A stretch of 64,000 nt of DNA, taken from the NCBI GenBank assembly GCA_965203175.1, contig OZ241867.1, forward strand, positions 4,704,001-4,768,000, read 5' to 3'. A program made the position numbers and the translations under genes. Source of the stretch: Candidatus Latescibacterota bacterium (GTDB taxonomy: Bacteria; Latescibacterota; UBA2968; UBA8231). Every line of letters starts with the position of its first letter. The first letter of the stretch is position 1. The notes under the pieces were generated by a model that had not been told where the DNA came from, made no database searches, and saw only the letters and a program-made list of their open reading frames with translations. Shown one piece after another: positions 37,395-45,377 of the stretch.

Positions 37395-38222
37395 CTAGGT
37401 CCCTGCAAAGCTCCACACCTGCAGAGCCGTGCGGTGGAAAAGCCACGCCTTGTCGTCGTCGGTGAGGAAATCGACGTGATCGCGGAACATCTCCAGGGCC
37501 GGGCCGTACCCCACCTCTTTCATTACGCCGGGGAAATTGGTCCCCCACATCAGCCGTTGCGGCCCAAAGGCGTCGTAGATGCGGCGGAAGGCGGGAAATG
37601 TATCCGCGTGCGGAAAGGGCAACTCGGACTTGTGCGCCTGCGGCGTGAATTTCACGTACACCTTGGGAAAGCGCGCCAAGTCGAGCACGTGGCTCAACAG
37701 CGGAAAGGGCGCTTCCTCATTAGTCGGCGCTCCGCCGATGTGGTCCAACACCACTGGCACCTCGGGAAAGCGGCCGATGATGGGCTCCAGGTGGGGCAGA
37801 TTAGCCGCCGGGCCGTGGACGATAAAACAAGTGCCCAACTCCTCTGACCGCCGCCACAGCGGATCCTGGTCGGGGGCGGCCCATTCCGAAGGGTGGTCGA
37901 GCCGCGACGAGTGAATGCGCAAGCCGCCAAAACCGTCCTCGCGCACTAGCTTTTCCAGCCGGTCAACCGCATCCGGAGCCTTGGGATCGACCAAGCCAAT
38001 GGCGGCAAAGCGGCCCGGAAAGCGGCGCAGACAGTCGGCCACGTACCGGTTGTCGAACAAATAGTAAATCGGCTGCACAATGACCGCTTTGTCGACCCCA
38101 ACCTCGTCCATGGTCTGGTTGAGCAATTCCACGGATCCACCGCCTACCTGAGTCCGGCCCTCGGCAAAGGGATAGCGCTCCGCGTCGTCGCTCCACACGT
38201 GCAGATGAGTGTCAATGATCAC
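37395..38222 (-). CDS. Amidohydrolase_2 family (lactonase-like) protein
   Basis: IIDTHLHVW, VVLDHIG, FGPQRLMWGTNFP. Confidence 0.88.
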   Translation of the reverse strand: MIIDTHLHVWSDDAERYPFAEGRTQVGGGSVELLNQTMDEVGVDKAVIVQPIYYLFDNRYVADCLRRFPGRFAAIGLVDPKAPDAVDRLEKLVREDGFGGLRIHSSRLDHPSEWAAPDQDPLWRRSEELGTCFIVHGPAANLPHLEPIIGRFPEVPVVLDHIGGAPTNEEAPFPLLSHVLDLARFPKVYVKFTPQAHKSELPFPHADTFPAFRRIYDAFGPQRLMWGTNFPGVMKEVGYGPALEMFRDHVDFLTDDDKAWLFHRTALQVWSFAGT

Positions 38223-38262
38223 GAGTCCCTCCTAATGTGAAAACTGAATCGCATGGCCCACA

Positions 38263-39180
38263 CTAACTGCCATTGTCCACCACGCACTCGGGGGCCAACG
38301 CCCCCACGGCTAGGCGGGTAACCTCGGCAATCGCCTCGGCAGCGGCGGGCCCGTCGCTGCGAGCCAAGGCAAAGGCCACCGCGACCAAAGGGCCGCCTGG
38401 CAAAAACACAAGGCCAGCATCCCCTTTGATGATGCCGCTAGAGCCGTACTTGTGTGCTACCACCACATCCGGCTGCAGATAGCGCCGGATCATGCGGGTA
38501 TCCCGACCGGTTTTGAGCAGCTCGATCATGGCTTTGGAGGCCACCGCACTGACGACCTGTCCGCGATATATAGCAGCTAATAAAGAAGCCAACTCGCCGG
38601 GAGCGGCCACGTTGTTTTCCAGCGAATCCCCAAAGGATACGCTGCCGTAGTCGAGTCCCTGAGTGTTGATCCGCTCCCTGTACACTGCATCGTTGGCCTG
38701 ATTGGTGGGCATTTCGTCCATCCCCACCATGCGGTAGTGATAGCGGCCCATGGTCGCGGCTGCCCGCACATTGGCACAGCCCAGTCGGTCGAGGGTGGCG
38801 TTAATCTGGTCCAGACCCAGTAGCCCCATGAGGAAATCAGTGGCAATGTTGTCGCTGATGCCCATCATCAGGCGGGCGTAGTCGCGCAAGGTCAACTCGG
38901 GCTCGTCTTGGGCAATTTGCAACACCCCCGAGCCGTGCGTTGAAATATCGCCCCGCAACCGGTGCCGGTCGTCCAGCGACAGCCGTCCTGCCTCGGCTTG
39001 GTGGAACAACTCGACCAATACGGCAATTTTGATGACCGAGGCCGTAGGAAAGCGCTCGTCGGCTCTGTACTGATGCACTTGGCCAATAGCCAAATCTTCT
39101 ATATACCAGCCTATGCGGCCGTCAAAGGCCGTGGCTACCTGGCGTAGGGCCGCATCGGGGAAAACGTCCATTCTCGTCAA
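38263..39180 (-). CDS. Class A beta-lactamase-like serine hydrolase, no signal peptide
   Basis: FPTASVIK (SxxK), SDN, HKYG. Confidence 0.85.
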   Translation of the reverse strand: MTRMDVFPDAALRQVATAFDGRIGWYIEDLAIGQVHQYRADERFPTASVIKIAVLVELFHQAEAGRLSLDDRHRLRGDISTHGSGVLQIAQDEPELTLRDYARLMMGISDNIATDFLMGLLGLDQINATLDRLGCANVRAAATMGRYHYRMVGMDEMPTNQANDAVYRERINTQGLDYGSVSFGDSLENNVAAPGELASLLAAIYRGQVVSAVASKAMIELLKTGRDTRMIRRYLQPDVVVAHKYGSSGIIKGDAGLVFLPGGPLVAVAFALARSDGPAAAEAIAEVTRLAVGALAPECVVDNGS

Positions 39181-40322
39181 CGCGCTTCGGCTTTAATCTG
39201 TCCCCACGACTTCGATTCGACATTCGTCATCGTCACTCCAATGGGGTACCATGCGGGAGAACCGTCTCCCGCCGGATGATTGGTTATGTTGATCGGGTTG
39301 GTCCCGTCCGCGTTCATTACAAAGATATCCCCATTGTCATCGCGGGTTGAGGTAAAGGCAATTTGGGTTCCGTCTGGCGACCAAACCGGAGACCCATCCT
39401 CGGCTGGGTGGTTGGTCACATTGAGGGGATCCGCAGTCCCTGTAATCACCTCCCCTTTCAGGAACGGTAAGAGTTTATTGTAGTCCTCTGCGCTTACTTC
39501 TGTCCCATCCTTGCGAAAATAGCGCCGTTCCCTTGTCTCTGGATCAATTACGTAAATCTCATTATCGCCCGAGCGATTGGAAGTAAAGGCGATTTGTCGT
39601 CCGTCCGGAGACCAAGAAGGTGAGATGTCGTCTGCCGGATGATCCGTCAATTGGATGAGATCTGCTCCCAACGCAATTACCTGACCTTTTAACATAGATG
39701 GGAGCTTATTGTAGCCCTCTTCGCTTACTTCTTTCCCATCCTTGCGAGAATAGCGCCACTCTTCGACCTCAGTATTCATCATATAAATCTCATTATTGCC
39801 CGAGCGATTGGAAGTAAAGGCAATCCGACGTTCGTCCGGAGACCACACAGGGTTCGCATCATCAGCCGGATGGTAGGTCCTATTCACCAACTCCGTTCCA
39901 TCCGCATTGATCACAAAAATTTCATCATTGCCGAAGTGTCGTGACGTGAAGGCGATTTGGCGTCCATCCGGCGACCACGCCGGCGCTCCGTTCCCAACGA
40001 GATGATCCGTCAATCTAACGAGGCCGGTCCCATCCGCATTCATCACAAATATCTGCCGGGCACCTATTCGGTTTGTTATAAAGGCTATCCTCGTTCCATC
40101 GGGGGACCAAGCAAGGCTAGTGACTTCCGTCACAGGTGCAATCTGCACCCAAGCATCCGTAGTGAGTCGGACTAGGTCGGTCCCATCTGCATCCATCACA
40201 TAGATCTCAGGCGTGCCGTCGCGGTCTGATCCAAAAAGAATCCTATTCGTCGCTTGGCCGTAAACAGAATTAGCCAATAGCAGCATAGAGACCACACTGA
40301 ACAACAAGCTCATTAAACGCAT
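39177..40322 (-). CDS. TolB-like PD40 beta-propeller protein with two inserted modules and a SWGQIK tail
   Basis: Signal peptide; five WSPD(G/E)..IAF repeats; ends NVESKSWGQIKAEAR. Confidence 0.88.
   Translation of the reverse strand: MRLMSLLFSVVSMLLLANSVYGQATNRILFGSDRDGTPEIYVMDADGTDLVRLTTDAWVQIAPVTEVTSLAWSPDGTRIAFITNRIGARQIFVMNADGTGLVRLTDHLVGNGAPAWSPDGRQIAFTSRHFGNDEIFVINADGTELVNRTYHPADDANPVWSPDERRIAFTSNRSGNNEIYMMNTEVEEWRYSRKDGKEVSEEGYNKLPSMLKGQVIALGADLIQLTDHPADDISPSWSPDGRQIAFTSNRSGDNEIYVIDPETRERRYFRKDGTEVSAEDYNKLLPFLKGEVITGTADPLNVTNHPAEDGSPVWSPDGTQIAFTSTRDDNGDIFVMNADGTNPINITNHPAGDGSPAWYPIGVTMTNVESKSWGQIKAEAR
39420..39880. repeat. Intragenic tandem duplication, 231-bp (77-aa) period
   Basis: aaatctcattat.gcccgagcgattggaagtaaaggc at 39554 and 39785; cgcttacttct.tcccatccttgcga in both units. 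Confidence 0.85.
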
Positions 40323-40415
40323 GGCAAACCTCCTTCTTGGAATAGGTTACAAGATAATCGCGCTGTCTCCAGCGGCAAGGCGATGAGGCGTTCCTACTTT
40401 GGCTATCCTCCGCGC

Positions 40416-41111
40416 CTAGCATCTCCCATTCTCATCGGCGTGTAGCTTGTCCAGCACCTGCCACTGTTGACGCTGGCGGCTTTCGGCCGAGTCGAAGACC
40501 TCGCGCACGAAATGGTCGCGGCTTTTGCCACCGGCCAGTTCGGCCAAGCGGTTTTGCAAGTCATCGGACGAGGGATCGCGGTCGAGCGCCGCGCGGTAGA
40601 CTCCCCGCACGAAATCCTCCTCAGCCGTTTCGTCTAGCAAGTCTTGAGCCTCATAGGCGAAGGTCTTGACGGTATGGGCTAAAGAGGCAGCCAACCAGGC
40701 CTTGTGCTCTGCAAACGGACCCAAAGTAGCGTACAACTCGACGCACAGTTCCGAATCACCAGCCACCTGCTGAGCTTCTTCAGCAGGCTTGCCTTCAGAC
40801 CAAGCTTGCAGAGTTTGCACATACGTCTTGGCCCGACTCCGGCGCTGGTCGTCCATTTCCCAAGCCCGGGTGAGCACATCGACGGCCGGCTGGCCCGAAT
40901 AGGTGCCCTCGCCGATGGCGCGGACGATCAGGTCGAGGTTGTCAAAGGCACAGTAGTGGGTCAGCGAGTCGAAGCGCGAGATCAGGGCGCGGATGTGGCG
41001 CACCGCGTCGGGCAACTCCTCCAGTGGGGCGACTTGGGCGTCGATGCGCTGCATAGCCTCATCGGGTTCGTCGTGGTGGTGCAGAATATTGCGCCAGTGG
41101 GAATCAGGCAT
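40416..41111 (-). CDS. Hypothetical protein with C-terminal DUF4214-like motif
   Basis: AGGAG RBS; EDFVRGVYRAALDRDP...GKSRDHFVREVFDSAE. Confidence 0.6.
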   Translation of the reverse strand: MPDSHWRNILHHHDEPDEAMQRIDAQVAPLEELPDAVRHIRALISRFDSLTHYCAFDNLDLIVRAIGEGTYSGQPAVDVLTRAWEMDDQRRSRAKTYVQTLQAWSEGKPAEEAQQVAGDSELCVELYATLGPFAEHKAWLAASLAHTVKTFAYEAQDLLDETAEEDFVRGVYRAALDRDPSSDDLQNRLAELAGGKSRDHFVREVFDSAESRQRQQWQVLDKLHADENGRC

Positions 41112-41150
41112 GATGTCTCCTGTCGAGTTAGGTATTGAGCAGATTGCGTG

Positions 41151-42191
41151 TTACGCGCGGAACAAATGGCCCTCAATGGGCAGACTCACTTCAATGCCTG
41201 AAGTGGCCGCCTGCAAGCCGGCTTCCATAATCTCTTGGGCGTGCCGCGATTGGGTGGCATCGGTCGTGCCCTGGGGCGACTGGCCCGAGCGGATGCAGTG
41301 GAGAAAATGCGTGGCGGCATTGCGCTGGGGAGCGGACAATTCGTCGAGTTCCACCTCTGTTCCCTCCCGATTCTGGCGGGTGTACACAGTCACCTGACTC
41401 CCCACTATCATAGTCCCCTCGGTGCCATAAAGCACTACGTCGTGGGGCGGCACGTGAGGCACGGCTTCGGTCCAGGACATTTCCAAGCGGCACAAAGCCT
41501 GGGGGTAGCGCAGCACCATAATGCCGTTGTCGTCAACCGGCAGGTGAGTCTTGAGCAAGCGGCCAGCCATGGCCACGACGCTGTGCGGCCGGCCCAAAAA
41601 GTGGACGCACAGGCTAGCGCCGTACCCGCTGTAGTCGTTAAAGGCCCCGGCTCCGTTGAGCTGGGGATCGAAGAGAAAGCCACAGAACTCGTCGGAGCAG
41701 CCCAGTTCGTCGGGGCCACAGTGACCGCCGCGCCAAGTGAGCTGCCACAATTGCCCGATGGCCCCTTCCCCGACGAGGCGATGAGCCGTGTGCAAGGGCC
41801 GCGACCAAGCCGTGGGCCAGTTGACCATCAGACAGGTCTGGTGGCGCTGGGCCGCAGTCAGCATGCGGTCGGCCTGTTCAAGCGTAGCAGCCATGGGTTT
41901 TTCGACCATCACGTGAATGCCCCGCGCCGCGCACAGCTCGACGATGGGGGCGTGGTGCGCGGTCGCCGAAAAGACGAAGGCCGCATCGGGAGTTTGCGCG
42001 TCGAGCAGGGCTTCGTGCTCGCCGTACACTTGGTCACAGCCCGTACGCTCGCGGAAGCGGTCCTGTAGCACGGGGTTGGGGTCGGCACCCCCTACGAGGG
42101 AAGCACCCTCCTGATCGGCTAGTTCCTTGAGGTTGCCCCACAAGTGATCGTGGGCCATGCCCAGCACGGCGACTTTGATTGGATCGGCCAT
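41151..42191 (-). CDS. Gfo/Idh/MocA family oxidoreductase
   Basis: VAVLGMAHDH, HVMVEKPMA, GAGAFNDY; AGGAG before ATG 42191. Confidence 0.9.
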   Translation of the reverse strand: MADPIKVAVLGMAHDHLWGNLKELADQEGASLVGGADPNPVLQDRFRERTGCDQVYGEHEALLDAQTPDAAFVFSATAHHAPIVELCAARGIHVMVEKPMAATLEQADRMLTAAQRHQTCLMVNWPTAWSRPLHTAHRLVGEGAIGQLWQLTWRGGHCGPDELGCSDEFCGFLFDPQLNGAGAFNDYSGYGASLCVHFLGRPHSVVAMAGRLLKTHLPVDDNGIMVLRYPQALCRLEMSWTEAVPHVPPHDVVLYGTEGTMIVGSQVTVYTRQNREGTEVELDELSAPQRNAATHFLHCIRSGQSPQGTTDATQSRHAQEIMEAGLQAATSGIEVSLPIEGHLFRA

Positions 42192-42288
42192 GGACAATAA
42201 GCTCCTGAGTATCGTTGAGTGTGTGATATGGAAGACGCCAACTGCTCTGGTCAATCTATATCCCTGAGGATAACAAGGGCAAGCCGCC

Positions 42289-42317
42289 TTGAACGAGGAA
42301 GGGCCGCCCGCTATAAT
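42289..42317 (+). promoter_or_regulatory. Sigma70-type promoter, copy 1 of a duplicated 29-bp element
   Basis: TTGAAC-GAGGAAGGGCCGCCCGC-TATAAT. Confidence 0.75.
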
Positions 42318-42382
42318 ACCCTTGCTATTATAGCACGGAGAAGTGCCGCCGTAATCCTCGAAACAAAACGAAAGGATGAAAT

Positions 42383-43363
42383 ATGAAAATCGCTTTGGCT
42401 CTCGGACCAGACGCCAGCGCCGTATCGACTTTCGGTACCCAATGTGGAGTCGAGCATGCCGTCGGCACCTTCGGCCTCGCGCCGATACCAGATAAACCGA
42501 TCAATGACGAAGCACAGCCGTTCAGCCGCCAATCCCTAGCTCGTTTCAAGACGCAGTACGAGCAAAATGGCTATCAGCTATCGGTCATTGAAAGCCGTCC
42601 TCCCATGGAAAAAATCAAGCTAGCCCTGCCGGGACGCGACGAAGAGATCGCCGTCGTCTGCGAGTTTATCCGCAACATGGGGGCGGTCGGCATCCCGGTG
42701 TGGTGCCCTGCGTGGATGCCGATCCTCTTCGTGATTCGCACGTCGTCCGAAATCCCGACGCGAGGCGGCGCCAAGGTGACCGGCTTCGACCTTGAAGAAT
42801 TCAACAAGACCCACCCCGCCGGAGAGCATGGCGAAGTCACCGAGGAGGACCAGTGGGACAACCTGAAATACTTCCTCGAGCGCGTTGTCCCCGTCGCCGA
42901 AGAGGCGAACGTCAAGCTCGCCATGCATCCCGACGATCCGCCCCTGTCGCCGATTCAGGGCATCGCCCGCATCATCAGCAGCGTTGAGAACTACCAGAAG
43001 ATGGTCGATCTCGTTCCCAGCCCGGCAAACGGCATCGGCCTCTGTCAAGGCAACTTCGGCCTGATGACCGACGACCTGCCGAGCGTCATTCGCCATTTCG
43101 GCGAGCAGAAAAAGGTCCACTTCGTCCATTTCCGCGACATCAGGGGCACGCCGGAGAAGTTCGACGAGGCCTTCCACGACGACGGCAAGCACGATATGGC
43201 GGCCTGTGTCAGAGCCTATCGCGACACGGGATACGAGGGAGTCGCACGCCCCGATCATTTCCCGCAGTTGACCTACGAGGATTTCGTCGATGTGCACTCG
43301 ATGGAGCGCCTCTACGCCATTGGCTACATGAGAGGCTTGATCGAGGCGGTGTACAGCGAATGA
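42383..43363 (+). CDS. uxuA: Mannonate dehydratase family protein
   Basis: IES, GRDEEI, WDNLKYFLERVVPVAEEANVKLAMHPDDPP, HFVHFRD, RPDH, YAIGYMRGL. Confidence 0.85.
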   Translation: MKIALALGPDASAVSTFGTQCGVEHAVGTFGLAPIPDKPINDEAQPFSRQSLARFKTQYEQNGYQLSVIESRPPMEKIKLALPGRDEEIAVVCEFIRNMGAVGIPVWCPAWMPILFVIRTSSEIPTRGGAKVTGFDLEEFNKTHPAGEHGEVTEEDQWDNLKYFLERVVPVAEEANVKLAMHPDDPPLSPIQGIARIISSVENYQKMVDLVPSPANGIGLCQGNFGLMTDDLPSVIRHFGEQKKVHFVHFRDIRGTPEKFDEAFHDDGKHDMAACVRAYRDTGYEGVARPDHFPQLTYEDFVDVHSMERLYAIGYMRGLIEAVYSE

Positions 43364-43448
43364 CTGCGGAACTATTCGGTAGATGGCCGATCGCCCGTCG
43401 CTGGGCGCAGGTCTCCGGCTATAATGCCGTTTCTCAGGAGAATTGCTT

Positions 43449-44192
43449 GTGAAAGTAGCCATTATGGGTGCCGCCGGGTGGGTTGGCCGGGCCGTGCTGG
43501 AAAACTTTGCCGGTCGCCATCAGGTGCGCGCCTTCGATTACAGGCCCGAAGCTTGGGCGACGTACCACCGATTCGACGGCGACTGGGAGGGTGAAAAGCA
43601 CTACGGGGACATCGCCGACTTCCACGCCGTCCACAAGACCTTGGAAGGTATGGACGGCGTCGTCCATCTAGCCGCCTACTTTGGCTACGAGAACCCGCCC
43701 GAAGACGATATGAACCCCTTTCGCATCAATCTCAAGGGGATGTGGAACGTCCTAGAGTCGGCCCGTCGCCACGAGCTCAAACGAGTGGTACACATGAGTT
43801 CCTGCGTCGTACAACATCCAGACGGCCTTTTCCTATCGTCGGATGTCCGCAGCAAGGAAGGAAGCCTGTACGGCATATCCAAGCGCCTGCAGGAGGAAAT
43901 GTGCCGCCAGTTCCACGACGCCTATGGCTTGCGGATCATCGTTTTCCGGCCCTGTAGCATCGGCGACAGCAGGCTCGGCATCAGTCGAGACGGCAGCCCC
44001 GCTCGCAGCAGCGTTGGCTGGGTCTGTCGGCACGATTTGGCCGAGGCCTGCCACTTGGCGCTAACATCCGAGACCATTGACTTCGACATCATGCACACGG
44101 CTAGTCACCCGGACGCGGATAAGTACTGCAACGTCACCCGGTCCAGGGAATTGCTCGGTCTGGAGTACAAAGGGCACTTTCCCGGCGACTGA
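43449..44192 (+). CDS. NAD-dependent epimerase/dehydrogenase (uronate-dehydrogenase-like extended SDR)
   Basis: GAAGWVG, VVHLAA, YGISK; AGGAG then GTG at 43449; TATAAT upstream. Confidence 0.82.
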   Translation: MKVAIMGAAGWVGRAVLENFAGRHQVRAFDYRPEAWATYHRFDGDWEGEKHYGDIADFHAVHKTLEGMDGVVHLAAYFGYENPPEDDMNPFRINLKGMWNVLESARRHELKRVVHMSSCVVQHPDGLFLSSDVRSKEGSLYGISKRLQEEMCRQFHDAYGLRIIVFRPCSIGDSRLGISRDGSPARSSVGWVCRHDLAEACHLALTSETIDFDIMHTASHPDADKYCNVTRSRELLGLEYKGHFPGD

Positions 44193-44222
44193 CACCATTA
44201 TCCTCTTCCCAAAAGGAACACT

Positions 44223-45368
44223 ATGCCCCCCCACTACGACGTCCTACTCAAAAACGGCCATCTCATCGACCCCAAAAACGGCCTTGACGGCCCGGCCGAT
44301 CTCGCCGTCAAAGACGGAAAAGTTGCCGCTGTGGGGCCGCAGTTGCCCGGCACTGCGGAACGACAAGCCGATGTCGCCGGCCTCTACGTCACCCCCGGCC
44401 TCATCGACATCCACCTGCACGTGTACGGCGGTTTTAATGCTTGGCTCTTCCCCGATCCTCACAACCTGCCGCACGGCGTCACCACCTGCGTCGATACGGG
44501 CGGTGCCGGGTGCAAGGATATTGCGGATTTCAAAGAAACCATCATGGACCAGTCCATCACCCGCGTCCTCGCCTTTGTCAACATCGTCGGCGCTGGCATG
44601 ACCGGCCCCCCTGAGCAGGACACCACCGACATGGACCCCATCCCCTGCGCCGCTGCGGTCGAGCGCTATCCCGAGCACATCGTCGGGGTCAAATCGGCCC
44701 ACTTTGGCGGGCCGGGGTGGGAATCGACCGGCGGGGCCATTGAGGCGGCGCGGCGGGCCGGCAGTATTGTCATGGTCGATTTCTCGCCCAAACCCACCCG
44801 CACGTACCCCGAGTTGCTCGCCCGCTACAGCCCCGGCGACATCCACACCCACTGCTACTCCATGCGCACGCCCATGCTCGACGATAACGACCGCATCTTC
44901 GACTTTGTCTGGCAGGCCCGCGAGCGCGGCGTGATTTTCGACTTGGGCCACGGCAACGCCTCCTTCCGCTTCCACATTGCCGTGCCAGCTATGGCCCAAG
45001 GCTTCCCGCCCGATACCATCAGCACCGACCTGCACCGCCGCAGCCGCCTGCTGCCCAATGCCACGATGAATATCACCATGTCGAAAATGCTGGCCTTGAG
45101 AATGCCGTTGCAAGAGGTCATCTACCGCTCGACCCAGCGCCCCGCCGAAGTCATCCGCCGGCCCGAGCTAGGCCACCTGAGCGTAGGCGCAGAAGCCGAC
45201 GTGGCAGTGCTGGCCGTGCACGAAGGCCGCTTCGGCTTTGTCGATGCCACTCGCAGCACCCTGCAAGGCAGCCAAAAAATAGAGGGCCGCATGACCCTGC
45301 GAGCCGGCGAAATTGTCTGGGATCAGGACGGTTTGAGCCTGCCGTCGTGGGAGGAAGGGCCGCGCTAA
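44223..45368 (+). CDS. Amidohydrolase/deacetylase family metallohydrolase (dihydroorotase-like)
   Basis: PGLIDIHLH, GVTTCVDTG, VGVK, GDIHTH, FDLGHGNASF, ISTDLH. Confidence 0.88.
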   Translation: MPPHYDVLLKNGHLIDPKNGLDGPADLAVKDGKVAAVGPQLPGTAERQADVAGLYVTPGLIDIHLHVYGGFNAWLFPDPHNLPHGVTTCVDTGGAGCKDIADFKETIMDQSITRVLAFVNIVGAGMTGPPEQDTTDMDPIPCAAAVERYPEHIVGVKSAHFGGPGWESTGGAIEAARRAGSIVMVDFSPKPTRTYPELLARYSPGDIHTHCYSMRTPMLDDNDRIFDFVWQARERGVIFDLGHGNASFRFHIAVPAMAQGFPPDTISTDLHRRSRLLPNATMNITMSKMLALRMPLQEVIYRSTQRPAEVIRRPELGHLSVGAEADVAVLAVHEGRFGFVDATRSTLQGSQKIEGRMTLRAGEIVWDQDGLSLPSWEEGPR

Positions 45369-45377
45369 GCGCTCGAC

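Noticed and set aside
38263-39180. Antibiotic-resistance beta-lactamase
   Set aside because: No signal peptide and HKYG instead of KTG; more likely a generic serine hydrolase.
39177-40322. Calling this gene tolB
   Set aside because: It lacks the TolB N-terminal domain and has no tolQRA/pal context; only PD40 repeats are present.
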